DNA of 64,000 bases from an uncultured Gemmatimonadales bacterium (lineage in GTDB: Bacteria > Gemmatimonadota > Gemmatimonadetes > Gemmatimonadales > GWC2-71-9), in contig CAVSQW010000006.1 of NCBI GenBank assembly GCA_963730185.1, positions 128,001 to 192,000 on the forward strand. The letters run 5' to 3'. The notes under the pieces are model-generated. The model was not told the origin of the DNA. It worked only from the letters and a program-made list of their open reading frames with translations, and did not search any database. Of this stretch, positions 48,284 through 61,076 are shown piece after piece (the first letter of the stretch is position 1; each line of letters begins with the position of its first letter). Made by a program: the position numbers and the translations under genes.

Positions 48284-48970
48284 ATGTCACGACCGATCCA
48301 CACCGTTCTCTTCGACCTCGACGGCACTCTGCTCGACTCGATCCGGCTGATCGTCGACAGCTATCACCACACCCTCGCCGTGCACGGCTTTCCGCCCCGC
48401 ACCGACGAGCACTGGCTGGCCGGCATCGGCACGCCGCTCCGGGTCCAGTTCGCCGACTGGGCGCACGACCAGGCGCTGCTGACCGAGATGATCGCGACCT
48501 ACCGGGACTACAACGTCTCCAACCACGACCGGGTGGTCCGTCCCTATCCCGGGGCGGTGGAGCTGGTGCGGCGGCTCCGCGACGACGGGCTCCGGACCGG
48601 GCTGGTAACCAGCAAGCAGCGAACGGGCGCCGAGCGGGGCCTCCGCTTCCTGGGCCTGCTCGACGCGATGGACGTGATCGTGGCGGCCGACGAGGTGGAG
48701 AACCCCAAGCCGCACCCGGAGCCGGTGCTCAAGGCGATGGCGCACCTGGGCGTGGAGGCCACGGGCACCATCTACGTGGGCGACAGTACCCACGACATGG
48801 CCTCGGGCCGGGCGGCCGGCGCACTGACCGGGGCGGCCCTCTGGGGGCCGTTCGATCGGGACCACCTGGCGCCGACCGGGCCGGACTACTGGCTGGAGCA
48901 CCCCGAGTCGCTGCTCGGCGTGGTCGGCAACCACCGCTCGACCGGAGGCGACGCGCCGGCCGGAGCCTGA
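48284..48970 (+). CDS. HAD hydrolase (PpaX/Gph-like)
   Basis: FDLDGTLLDS, VTSK, KPHPEP, VGDS. Confidence 0.9.
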   Translation: MSRPIHTVLFDLDGTLLDSIRLIVDSYHHTLAVHGFPPRTDEHWLAGIGTPLRVQFADWAHDQALLTEMIATYRDYNVSNHDRVVRPYPGAVELVRRLRDDGLRTGLVTSKQRTGAERGLRFLGLLDAMDVIVAADEVENPKPHPEPVLKAMAHLGVEATGTIYVGDSTHDMASGRAAGALTGAALWGPFDRDHLAPTGPDYWLEHPESLLGVVGNHRSTGGDAPAGA

Positions 48971-49034
48971 GCGGGCCCCGTGCCGGAGGTCTGGCCCCTC
49001 GCCCAACGGGAGGCGGGGGGCCAGATTGCGTCGG

Positions 49035-51722
<2,688 letters not shown>

Positions 51723-51731
51723 CGCCGCGAA

Positions 51732-54700
51732 TCACGAATCCAACGGCGAGACCGCCGGACCGGGACGATCCGCTCCGATGTCGGCGACCGTCGACTTCCG
51801 CTCGAGCTTGCCCCATCCCACGACCCGACCCTGCAGCGCGGCGATCGCCGAGCGGACCACGACCCAGTACATCACCTGGCGGTAGGCGAAGCGCTGGAGC
51901 AGCACCAGCCAGGACAGCCACCGCTCCTCCCCCGGCTCCATCACCAGGGCGATCACCGCCGCGAGCCAGTCGATCAGCAGAAAAGCGGTGTAGAAGAAGA
52001 CCACCTGTTCGAGCGACTGGAGGGCGTACTCGGCGCTGTGCTGGACGGCGTTGAGGTAGACGGCGACCAGGGACCAGAGAAAGAGCAGGTCGGCCACCGG
52101 GGAGATGAACGGGAAGAGCAGCTGGAAGATCCAGACGTTGGGCAGCGCGACCATGCCGAGGGTGCCGAAGCGGGGCCGGAGCAGGGTGCGGCGGTGCTTC
52201 CAGGCGCATTGGAGCGTGCCGAAGCTCCAGCGGAATCGTTGCCGGCTCAGCGTCCTCAGGGTATCGGGCGCCTCGGTGTACGCGACGGCTCGGTCGGCGT
52301 AGGCGATCCGCCAGCCGCGCTCCAGCAGGCTCAGGGTGAGGTCCTGATCCTCGGCCAGGGTATCGTCGGAGAACCCGCCAACCGCGACCACCAGCTCGCG
52401 GCGCCAGGCCCCCACGGCGCCGGGGACGACGGTGATGCAGTTCAGCAGGGAGAAGGCCCGGCGGTCGACGTTCTGGCTGGTGATGTACTCGATCGCCTGC
52501 CACCGGGTTACCAGGTTGATCCGGTTCCCGACTTTGGCGTTGCCGGCGACCGCACCGACCTTCGGATCGGCGAGCGGCTCGAGCAGGGCTCCGATCGTGT
52601 GGGGAGCGAAGAGGGTGTCGGCGTCGAGGGCCACCACCACCTCGCCGGTAGCCCGCGCCAGCCCGTAGTTGAGGGCGCTCGCCTTCCCGCCGTTGGGCTT
52701 GCGGAAGACCCGGACTTCCGGCCGGTGGGCAAAGGCCTCGCGGGCGGTGTCGAAGGTCTGGTCCGGTGACCCGTCGTCGACCACCAGGATCTCGAGCCCC
52801 GGCTGCTGCTGGTCCAGGATCGACTGCACGGTCCGGACGATGACCTTCTCTTCCCGAAAGGCGGGGATGATCACGCTCACGGAGGTCGGCACCGATCCGA
52901 CCGCGCGGCGCGGCCGCCGGTAGCGCTGGACCGCCGCGAGCGCGACCAGAAACGCCAGCCGGCCGAGTCCGAGCACGACCGCGACCAGGAAGACGAGCCG
53001 AAGCGCGAGGTCGATCCCCCCGAAGAGCGAGAACGAGCCCAGCTCGACGAACCGCTGGAGCCGGCCCCCGGGAGGCAGCGGGAGCATGACCTGGTCGCGA
53101 GTGAGCCCGGCGAGGGCGCTGACGGTGACGAAGCTGTCGCCCCGGGCCCGGACCGAATCGATCAAGGTTCCCAGCGCGGCGACCGTCTGCGACCGAACGC
53201 CGCCGCCGTCGTGAAGGAGGACGACGTTGCCCCGGTCCAGCTGGTCGAGCGCCCGCCGGACGATGGTGTCGGCGCCGGGGGTTTCCCAGTCGCCGGGATC
53301 GACGTGGAGACCGACGGTGATGTAGCCGAGCTCCTTCGCCTCGGTGATCGGGATCAGCTCGTCGGCGGTGGTCGGCTCGGCGTCGCCGAAGTACGGGGCC
53401 CGGAACAGCGTGGTCCGGCGGTCGATCAGGGCCTCGAGCAGCCGCCCGGTGGCGGTGAGCTCGAGCCGGGTGGTGAGCCGGCTGGCCAGGGCGAGGTTGG
53501 GATGGGTGAAGGTGTGGTTCCCGATCTCGTGGCCCTCGCGGAACTCCCGCCGGATCAGCTCGGGATGGCTCTCCGCGTTGATGCCGATGATGAAGAAGGT
53601 CGCGGGCACGCCGCGAGAGCGGAGGGTGTCCAGGATCGGCCCGGTGTAGCGGCCATCGGGACCGTCGTCGAAGGTGAGCGCGACCTGGTGCGGCCGGTGC
53701 CCGTACCGGCGGAGGACGTAGGTCGAGGGCAGGGTGCGAACCTGGCTCCGGCCGATCAGCCCGGTCTTCGGATCGACCGTGATGGTTCGGGAGCCGACCG
53801 TGGGCGTGGCGGCGAGATCGAGGATCTCGCCGACGCCCTGGAAGTCGACGTCGTAGCTCACTCGGATGACGGCGAGCGAGTCGGGCGCCCGGGTCAGGCC
53901 CTGGCGGCCGAGCACGCTCCAGAGCGAGGGATCCTCCGAGCCCAGCCGCCAGACGGCGAGGCCGCCGACCCCAAAGTTGGTGGCGGTCCGGATCTCGTTG
54001 TAGGCGGTGACCGCGTCGAGGTACCAGACGATGTGGTCGGTGCTGTCGGCATCGGTCCAGGCGAAGTACTCGTTGCCGGCGACGGAATCCAACGCCGGAA
54101 GGAGGTCGTGGTCGCGCGCCGCCTGGACGGTCTCCTGAAAATCGAGCTGATCGGCGACCGGCTGGTTCTCGTCCCATCGGTAACCGTACTGGCCGATGCC
54201 GAGGATGATCTTCCCGGGTGGGATCCGGGCCACCGTCCGGGCCAGCTCGTAGCGGAACCAGTCGCGGCTGGCGATCGGCCCGGGGTCGCCGGAGCCGTCG
54301 TTCTCGTCGTAGAGCATCAGGAACACCCGGTCGACGATCCGGGCGTAGGCCTCGATCGGCCAGCTGGGATCGCCGGCGGGAATCGCCTGGGTCACGAGTC
54401 GGCCGGCGGCCGAGAGGCGGGCCTTGAGCTGGCGGACGAAGGCGAGCAGCGCGGGCTGGAGCCGGGACGGCACCCGTTCGAAGTCGAGGGTGACACCGGC
54501 CAGATTCTCGCGAGCCAGGATCGCCGCGATCGAGTCGATCACCCGGGCCCGGACCGCGGGCTGGGTGAGGAGGGGACGGAGCCGGGCCGGATCGAACTCG
54601 CCCCCGGAGGCGTTGGTGATCATCAGGAGGATCTGGGGCGCCTCGGCGGCCTGGGCCACAGTCGCGAGGACCCGCCGGTCGATTCGAAACGCGATCGGTC

Positions 54701-55205
54701 CGGCGGAGTCGGTCGGCAGGCCGAGAAAGCCCCATTCCGCCACGATCCAATCGAGCCGGTCGAGATGCTGGCGGAGCGACACCAGGGAGTTGTCGTCCCA
54801 GTTGACGTAGAAGCCGGCGACGATCGGGTCGTCGGCGGGACGGGCCGCGAGGGCCGAGTCGGCCCGCGGGCCACGCCGCCCGACCGGCATCTCGACATAC
54901 CGCTTCGACGGCACGGCCGGATGGCGGCGCAGCTGCTCGAAGAGCCGCTGCCTGGCGAGCCGCTGTTCCCGCTCCCGGCGAGGCGAAAGCGTTCGGGTCG
55001 GCGCCACCCGCGCCCTCCGGTCGGGGACGGGATCGGTGGTTGGCCGACCGAGGTCGAGCGACGGCAGGAGGGGGGGAACGAGGAGGGTCCCGGCCAGGAC
55101 CAGCAGCATGGCGGTGGTCAGGATCCCAACCACCAGGGCGCCGGTCCGAAGCCGGCGCCAACGCCGCCCGGACGGGTCGTGGAACACGGGCGCGGAGCGG
55201 TTCAT
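51732..55205 (-). CDS. GH18-like + polysaccharide deacetylase + GT2 fusion
   Basis: GVTLDFE; TFDDGP and GNHTFTH; DDGS, DAD, AED, QRFRW. Confidence 0.92.
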   Translation of the reverse strand: MNRSAPVFHDPSGRRWRRLRTGALVVGILTTAMLLVLAGTLLVPPLLPSLDLGRPTTDPVPDRRARVAPTRTLSPRREREQRLARQRLFEQLRRHPAVPSKRYVEMPVGRRGPRADSALAARPADDPIVAGFYVNWDDNSLVSLRQHLDRLDWIVAEWGFLGLPTDSAGPIAFRIDRRVLATVAQAAEAPQILLMITNASGGEFDPARLRPLLTQPAVRARVIDSIAAILARENLAGVTLDFERVPSRLQPALLAFVRQLKARLSAAGRLVTQAIPAGDPSWPIEAYARIVDRVFLMLYDENDGSGDPGPIASRDWFRYELARTVARIPPGKIILGIGQYGYRWDENQPVADQLDFQETVQAARDHDLLPALDSVAGNEYFAWTDADSTDHIVWYLDAVTAYNEIRTATNFGVGGLAVWRLGSEDPSLWSVLGRQGLTRAPDSLAVIRVSYDVDFQGVGEILDLAATPTVGSRTITVDPKTGLIGRSQVRTLPSTYVLRRYGHRPHQVALTFDDGPDGRYTGPILDTLRSRGVPATFFIIGINAESHPELIRREFREGHEIGNHTFTHPNLALASRLTTRLELTATGRLLEALIDRRTTLFRAPYFGDAEPTTADELIPITEAKELGYITVGLHVDPGDWETPGADTIVRRALDQLDRGNVVLLHDGGGVRSQTVAALGTLIDSVRARGDSFVTVSALAGLTRDQVMLPLPPGGRLQRFVELGSFSLFGGIDLALRLVFLVAVVLGLGRLAFLVALAAVQRYRRPRRAVGSVPTSVSVIIPAFREEKVIVRTVQSILDQQQPGLEILVVDDGSPDQTFDTAREAFAHRPEVRVFRKPNGGKASALNYGLARATGEVVVALDADTLFAPHTIGALLEPLADPKVGAVAGNAKVGNRINLVTRWQAIEYITSQNVDRRAFSLLNCITVVPGAVGAWRRELVVAVGGFSDDTLAEDQDLTLSLLERGWRIAYADRAVAYTEAPDTLRTLSRQRFRWSFGTLQCAWKHRRTLLRPRFGTLGMVALPNVWIFQLLFPFISPVADLLFLWSLVAVYLNAVQHSAEYALQSLEQVVFFYTAFLLIDWLAAVIALVMEPGEERWLSWLVLLQRFAYRQVMYWVVVRSAIAALQGRVVGWGKLERKSTVADIGADRPGPAVSPLDS

Positions 55206-55358
55206 CGGTCCCACTTGCTCTCGAATCGGCTCACGCCGTGCTGCCCTCAATATGACGTCACGCCGGTACGTAGTGCGTCCGGCAGATCCGGATACCTGCC
55301 CCAAAGATAGTGGACATCCAACCAGCCGGCGGAGGTTTGGCGGCCTTCCGCGGCGATA

Positions 55359-55740
55359 TCAGGCGCCGCCTCCGAGCCGTTCTCGGTCTTCGTCCTCGAT
55401 AAGTTCGGCCTCGACGGGATCCCCACCGCGGCGGGGGAGTGCCCACCTTTCAGCGCCTCTGGCCAGGGCCAGCGAACCGGCGGCGCAGACCGCGCTCGCC
55501 AGCGTGAGCGCGGGACCGAACAACAGGAACTCTCTCCACCAGCTCTCCCCTCGAACGGCCGCGGCGGCGACGACGATCCCGGACAGCAGAAGGCCGCTTA
55601 CGGCGCCCCACCCCGCGAAGCGCGAAAGCGACATGCGGTCAAAGCTGCGACGGCCCTCGATAGCCACGAGGACCCCGGAGAAGATGATGCCGGTCACAAA
55701 GCCGAGCGGCGCAAACAAGAGTGCAAACGGGAACCTGAAT
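55359..55740 (-). pseudogene. Membrane protein, apparently 5'-truncated
   Basis: Hydrophobic coding-like segment PFALLFAPLGFVTGIIFSG...; the upstream part is not protein-like. Confidence 0.45.
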
Positions 55741-55988
55741 CCTCGCTTCCCACAGCGGTGTCTCGGGGGCGGCGGTCTCGGCCGCCTGCTCGCCATAATG
55801 GTAGCGGTTCAGGTCGGGCGACTAGGGAGACCCCTCGCCCTCGGCCGGATCTTTTGACAATTGCTTACGGGAAGGTGACGCCTACGAAGGGCGGGAAGGC
55901 TCCCGGAACACCCGTCAGACCCCGGGTGATCGCGACCGACCAGTTCGCTGCTACCAGCGGGCCGACGAGGACACCGAGGAAGGGATCA

Positions 55989-56034
55989 CTGGGGCGGCAG
56001 GCCTCGAACCTGCAACCTCCCGGTTAACAGCCGG
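55989..56034 (-). repeat. 3' half of tRNA-Asn(GTT); att scar at the island boundary
   Basis: CCGGCTGTTAACCGG anticodon arm + GCAGGTTCGAGGCCTGC T arm; no D arm or 5' acceptor strand. Confidence 0.82.
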
Positions 56035-56134
56035 TCCGACCGGGCCGGCGAATCCCCGAAGAAATCGGTAAACCATTGATGGCTCTAGCAATCCGCCGAG
56101 GCGGGCCATCGGGGAAATCGGACCAAAACGACTT

Positions 56135-56158
56135 CAACGGACACACCAACGGACACAC
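56135..56158. repeat. Tandem 12-bp repeat, candidate integrase arm-type sites
   Basis: CAACGGACACAC x2, ~100 bp inside the tRNA scar. Confidence 0.6.
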
Positions 56159-56307
56159 CCCGATGGCCGTGGTTCGTTACCCGTTCTCGGCGTCGGTAGC
56201 CGCTGCTCGGGGTGATCCTGGATCGAGCTGAGGCATCCGCCTTTTCTTGGCTATTCGGCCGCCTCCACCCCTCACTACCTTTGGCCGACGCGACCATCGA
56301 GCCAGCC

Positions 56308-57306
56308 GTGCCGCCCAAACCGAAGCTCCTGCAGACCCTGCGGTCCAATCTTCGCCTCCGGCATTTCAGCCCTCGGACCGAAGCCACCTACGCGGACTGG
56401 GTTCGCCGTTACGTGCGGTTCCATCGCCTCCGTCATCCCAGCGACATGGGAGAGGAGGAGATCCGGCAATTTCTGATCTACCTCGCCCGGGACCGAAAGC
56501 TCGCGCCGAGCACGCCCAATCAGGCTACGGCGGCGATCGTGTTCCTCTATCGGGAAGTGCTTCGCCGCCCTCCTGGGGACTTCGGCCCGATCCTTCGGCC
56601 TCGAACGCCAGTCCGGATCCCGGTCGTGCTGACCCAGGCCGAGGTGCGCCAAGTCGTTGGGTGTCTCGCCGGTACGCCCCGGTTGATCGCCATGATGCTG
56701 TACGGCAGCGGCCTCCGCTTGGGAGAGTGTCTTGCCCTCCGGATCAAGGACCTCGACCTGGCAAGGGGCGAAATCCGCATCCGTGAGGGGAAAGGGTGCC
56801 AAAGATCGGATCACCGTGCTCCCAGCCCGCCTCCGCGAACCCGTGGCGAGCCAGATGGAGCACGTCCGCCAATTGCACGAGGCAGATCGGGCTCACACGA
56901 TCCCAGCGGGGGCTGGGTCGAGCTGCCCGGTGCGCTCGGCCGGAAGTATCCAAATGCGGGACGAACCCTGCCCTGGCAGTGGCTCTTCCCGGCGACCCGG
57001 AGATACCGGGACGCGATCACCGGCCAGATCCGGCGGCACCATTTCCACGCGACGGCGATGCAGCGGGCTATGGCCACGGCCGTGGCGAAGAGCGGCATCA
57101 CCAAGCGAGCCAGCTGTCACACCCTCCGCCACTCGTTCGCGACCCACCTGCTCGAAACGGGCTCGGACATCCGAACGGTGCAGGAACTGCTGGGGCATCG
57201 AGACGTGTCGACCACAATGCTGTACACCCATGTGCTCAACAAGGGTGGACTGGGCGTGAGGAGCCCGGCGGACCGGGGAGGGTTTGACGACCTTCTGCAG
57301 GGATAG
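56308..57306 (+). CDS. intI: Integron integrase (with compensating frameshifts 56795-56897)
   Basis: [15 protein letters not shown], IntI-specific insertion [47 protein letters not shown]. Confidence 0.95.
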   Translation: MPPKPKLLQTLRSNLRLRHFSPRTEATYADWVRRYVRFHRLRHPSDMGEEEIRQFLIYLARDRKLAPSTPNQATAAIVFLYREVLRRPPGDFGPILRPRTPVRIPVVLTQAEVRQVVGCLAGTPRLIAMMLYGSGLRLGECLALRIKDLDLARGEIRIREGKGCQRSDHRAPSPPPRTRGEPDGARPPIARGRSGSHDPSGGWVELPGALGRKYPNAGRTLPWQWLFPATRRYRDAITGQIRRHHFHATAMQRAMATAVAKSGITKRASCHTLRHSFATHLLETGSDIRTVQELLGHRDVSTTMLYTHVLNKGGLGVRSPADRGGFDDLLQG

Positions 57307-57309
57307 CGG

Positions 57310-57390
57310 ATTAGGCAGCGGGCTGCTAGGGTTTAAGCTGTTGGGCGGCAGGCGGGGGACGGGCCCTTGCAGGCCCAATACCTGTTATGC
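57310..57390 (+). other. Putative attI site
   Basis: GGCCCAA-TACCT-GTTATGC simple site with no upstream R'' box; core-like heptamers at 57310, 57325, 57340. Confidence 0.6.
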
Positions 57391-57411
57391 CGCCGCCGCG
57401 GAGTCGTCTGA

Positions 57412-58038
57412 ATGCGAACCTACGCAAGTATGAGTTCCGCCCTGGCGGACGCGCATGGTCTCTTGTGGGCCGACGTCGCCCTCCTCCACCAGCGTTGGAC
57501 GACCTTCAAACGGCTCTATACTGACCAGCCAACCGTCGACCTGCTGAACTGGGCTGCTGGCGGGTTCTTCCAGCTTCTCCAACGCGTCTTCTTGGACGAT
57601 CTGTTGCTCGGCATCGCTCGGCTGGCTGACCCACCGGAGACGAAACAGCAGACGAATCTCGTCCTACGGAGTCTTCTCGTCCGTCTACCCGACGATCAAT
57701 CGGATTTGTTCGGCGAGTTGTCCGAAAAGATCGAGACCTTCGAGGCCAAGGCCGCGTTTGCGCGCCCCGTGCGCAACAAACGCCTCGCTCATAGGGACGA
57801 AGGCATCGCAAGCGGAGCGAGTGATCGGCTCAACTATCGATACACGAACGAGGACATCGATGGAGCGCTGGGCGCCGCAGCCGACATTCTGAATCACCTA
57901 GACCTGGCGTTCGAGGGCCGGACGACGATGTTTGCGGAGTTCATCCATACCAAGGGCGCCGATGTCCTCCTGCGACGGCTCCAGGCGGCGAAGGATGCGA
58001 ACGACGAGTACTTCCGGGACCTCCGGGCAGAGAGCTAG
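57412..58038 (+). CDS. Cassette 1: HEPN (AbiU2-like) protein
   Basis: LLLGIARLADP and RNKRLAH (RX4-6H) in an all-helical 208-aa protein. Confidence 0.75.
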   Translation: MRTYASMSSALADAHGLLWADVALLHQRWTTFKRLYTDQPTVDLLNWAAGGFFQLLQRVFLDDLLLGIARLADPPETKQQTNLVLRSLLVRLPDDQSDLFGELSEKIETFEAKAAFARPVRNKRLAHRDEGIASGASDRLNYRYTNEDIDGALGAAADILNHLDLAFEGRTTMFAEFIHTKGADVLLRRLQAAKDANDEYFRDLRAES

Positions 58039-58049
58039 TCGGGGCGTCG

Positions 58050-58185
58050 GCATAACAAGATGTTGCAGCGGACCGGCGCCCGGGCTCCGCTTCCCAAGGT
58101 GCGGCCGCGGCTCCATGTTACTTCGAGGCCGCCGCGGCCGCTCGGTTCCGCTGGGCGCCGGCCGCTGAACATCCGACCGTTATAC
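58050..58185 (+). repeat. attC 1
   Basis: GCATAAC...ATGTTGCAGCGG/CCGCTGAACAT...GTTATAC. Confidence 0.93.
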
Positions 58186-58224
58186 AGCACACACGCTTCT
58201 ACGATTGTGGAGGGTCGTGCTTGC

Positions 58225-58788
58225 ATGGAAATGGCGTATCGAGAGCGGTGGCAGGCGGAGATTGCGGCGATGCGCCGCGTACTTGCCGGCTTTGCCATGA
58301 AGGAGGAGTGTAAGTGGGGGAAGCCCACCTACACCGTGGATACAAAGAACATCGTCATTCTTCAGGGCTTCAAAGAGTATTTTGCGCTGGGCTTCTTTCG
58401 AGGTGCTTTACTGAAGGATCCGAAGAAAGTGCTCGTGCAGCTCGGTCAGACGCATGCCGCGCGCGTGATGAAGTTCACCAGCGCGAAGGAGATCACAGCG
58501 AAGGCGGCGACCATCAAGAGCTACGTGCGCGAGGCCATCGCAGTCGAGAAGACCGGGCTGCGGATGAAGCCGAAGCGGACCTCAGACTATCCGGTTCCCG
58601 ACGAGCTAAGCGAGCGTTTCCGAAGAGACCCGCGTTTCAAGCGCGCCTTCGAGGCGCTGACGCCGGGACGGCAGCGGAGTTATCTGTACCACTTCGCGGG
58701 GGCCAAGCAGTCGGCGACGCGGACCGCGCGAATCGACAAGGCGATGCCCGCGATATTCGAAGGCCGGGGGTTCCTGGAGAGACGCTGA
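58225..58788 (+). CDS. Cassette 2: YdeI/OmdA (DUF1801) family protein
   Basis: EECKWGKPTY, FFRGALLKDP, FEALTPGRQRSY, AKQSATR. Confidence 0.9.
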   Translation: MEMAYRERWQAEIAAMRRVLAGFAMKEECKWGKPTYTVDTKNIVILQGFKEYFALGFFRGALLKDPKKVLVQLGQTHAARVMKFTSAKEITAKAATIKSYVREAIAVEKTGLRMKPKRTSDYPVPDELSERFRRDPRFKRAFEALTPGRQRSYLYHFAGAKQSATRTARIDKAMPAIFEGRGFLERR

Positions 58789-58859
58789 ATGAAGTGGCCG
58801 TTCATGGCGAGCATCAGAACGGTGATCAAGTCTCTCCGGTCAGCCTCTATCCGCGTGCT

Positions 58860-58953
58860 GTATAACGGTCGTTGCAGTTGACAAGCGATCAAGGGATTGC
58901 TCGCTTCGATCGCTTTTATTTGCCTCGCTTGCAACTGAACTTGGGCGTTAGGC
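58860..58953 (+). repeat. attC 2
   Basis: GTATAAC...GTTGCAGTTG/CAACTGAAC...GTTAGGC. Confidence 0.93.
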
Positions 58954-59065
58954 GGGCCGGTGCGCGGTCTGGCTTATGGAGGGATTCGCTATGGCGCTCC
59001 CGGTTTGCGAAGGTACCACACGCACGCACGGTCACACACGGCAGCCATGTTCCCAGGGACCTGTC

Positions 59066-59557
59066 ATGACGTTCGTCTGGGTTCTTGGCCTCAGCATCCT
59101 GGCAACGCGGCTCAGCGCGCAGACGTCCGCCGACACGACCGCCATTCGCCAGATTGTGGAAGACGAGATCACGGCTTGGGATCAGGGAGACGCGACCGCC
59201 TACTCGCGTCACTTCGCGGCGAACGGCACGTTCACCAACATTCAAGGTGAGTCCTTCACGGGCTATGCGGGATTTCTGCGGCAGCACGAGATGATCTTCG
59301 AAAGCCTCTTCAAGCACACAAAGTTACAGCAGGATATCGTATCGCTCCGTTTCATCACTCCCGATGTCGCCGTAGTTGATGTGTTGACCGCGGTCACGGG
59401 TGTGGCGCGGCCACCGCCACGGATGACGCTCGATGGGCAAGGGCGACTGCGGACGCGCCTGCTGCAGGTCGTCGCGAGGCAGGCTGGGGAGTGGAAGATC
59501 GTCGCCTATCATAATGTGGACCTGAAGCCTGGGGTCCCGGTCCCGGCGCCACGATAA
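59066..59557 (+). CDS. Cassette 3: exported SnoaL/SgcJ (DUF4440)-like protein
   Basis: Signal peptide, AWDQGDA, FTNIQG, RFITPDVAVV, WKIVAYHN. Confidence 0.85.
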   Translation: MTFVWVLGLSILATRLSAQTSADTTAIRQIVEDEITAWDQGDATAYSRHFAANGTFTNIQGESFTGYAGFLRQHEMIFESLFKHTKLQQDIVSLRFITPDVAVVDVLTAVTGVARPPPRMTLDGQGRLRTRLLQVVARQAGEWKIVAYHNVDLKPGVPVPAPR

Positions 59558-59591
59558 TGGCGACCCACGAGTGGGCGGGGCTGCGCTTGGT

Positions 59592-60889
59592 TGAGCAACC
59601 GGGGACATAGGTAACAGAGTTGTCCGGCAACATAGGTAACACTTTGGGCTACCCGCGAATGATGTAATCCCGCTCGTCCAGCTTGGCGAGGAGGATGGTG
59701 TTGAAGTAGATCGCCCAGATGCCGTCGTCCACTTCCTCGAAGCCCACCAAGTGGCCTTTCAGGGGGTTCGAGAGAAACAGCAGCCGGTGCTGGAACCGAA
59801 ACGTCCCGGCCCGCGTGATCCGCTTCACCAGGTAGTGACCGGGATACACCTGCGGCGGGAGCACGCGGGGATAGGGACGCGCCGACGGTTGATAGCGGGA
59901 TGCGGGCGTCGCGCCGCCCAGGGTCGCATGGGGCCGCTCCTCGTTGTACTCCGCCCGGAACCGGTTGAAGGCCCGCTGCTGGCTGGCCGCGTCCCGCCGC
60001 GGCGGCCGGATCGCGGCCCGCTTCAGCGTCCGGTGCATCCGCTCATGCGCCCCGTTCTGCTGGGGCCGGCCCGGATGAATGCGCTGGTGGTGAATGGCCA
60101 ACCGCCACCACCAGACGTTGAGCGTGGTCAGCCCGTGCAAGCCTCCGCTGGCAAGGGGATCCCGTTGTCCGTCCGGATCGCCGTCGGCAACCGTACGTCC
60201 GGAACGCGCGTTCGAAGACCCCGCGTGCGCCCACGGTCTTGGTCGAGGGCAGCCCGTGGCAGGTCAGGAGGAACCGGGTGTGCTGATCGGCGATCGTCAG
60301 CGGGTGGCAGTACACCCCGTCGCCCGTCGGGAACTGTCCCTTGAAGTCCGCCGTCCAGAGGTCGTTGGGCGCCGTCGTGGTCGGGGGCACCGCACCCGGA
60401 TGCTGGTGGGGCCGGCGTCGGCGCCGCCGGGTGAGTAGTTGATGAGGGCCCAGCAAGTCGTTGACGGTGCTGACCGCCGGCCAGGCGGTGTCCGGGTGCC
60501 GCGGCGCGAGGTAGTCCAGGAGTTTCCCCGCGCCCCAGTCGGGATGCCGCCGCCGCGCCTGGACCAGCAGCTCGGCCAACGCGCCGTCGATGCGATGCGG
60601 GCAATGGTGCGAGGCCCGGCTCTGGTCCCGCAGGCCCCGGCGCCCACCCTCGGCGAACCGGATCAGCCACTTGTAGCCGGTCTTGCGGCCCACCCCGTAG
60701 CGATCGCAGAGATCGGTCATGCGGTAGAGGCCGCGCTGGTAGTCCACAATGAAATCCGTCCGCTGGTCCATGCGGTCGGTCTCCAACCAGGGCATCGGTC
60801 GTGCTCCCTCACAGGGTCGACCGTGCAGTTTAGAAGGAGTGTCACCCATGTTCCCGGACAGATCTGTTACCTATCTACCCGGTTTGTAC
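59592..60889 (-). mobile_element. IS481-family element (transposase 59649-60795, frameshifted)
   Basis: MPWLE start, WTADFKG, RTDNG.P, PQQNGAHERMHRTLK, YNEERPH; ~50-bp imperfect IRs with repeated ATAGGTAACA. Confidence 0.88.
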
Positions 60890-60898
60890 CGGTGGGCC

Positions 60899-61039
60899 GC
60901 CTAACAAGCGCTTAAAGCTGTCCAGCGCCCTCAGCCTCGGCCTCCTTGCGGCGGGCCCCTGGCGGTGCATACTCAGAGGAAGTCAGACAATTCGCTGCGG
61001 GCGAGGAGTCGCTGGCAGCTTAAGCGCAGGCCGTTAGGC
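60899..61039 (+). repeat. attC 3
   Basis: GCCTAAC...GCGCTTAAAGCTG/CAGCTTAAGCGC...GTTAGGC. Confidence 0.93.
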
Positions 61040-61076
61040 CGGTCTGAAGCAACTCTCGACATCGTGGAGGTACGAC

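Noticed and set aside
55989..56060. Complete tRNA-Asn
   Set aside because: No D arm or 5' acceptor strand; only the 3' half is present
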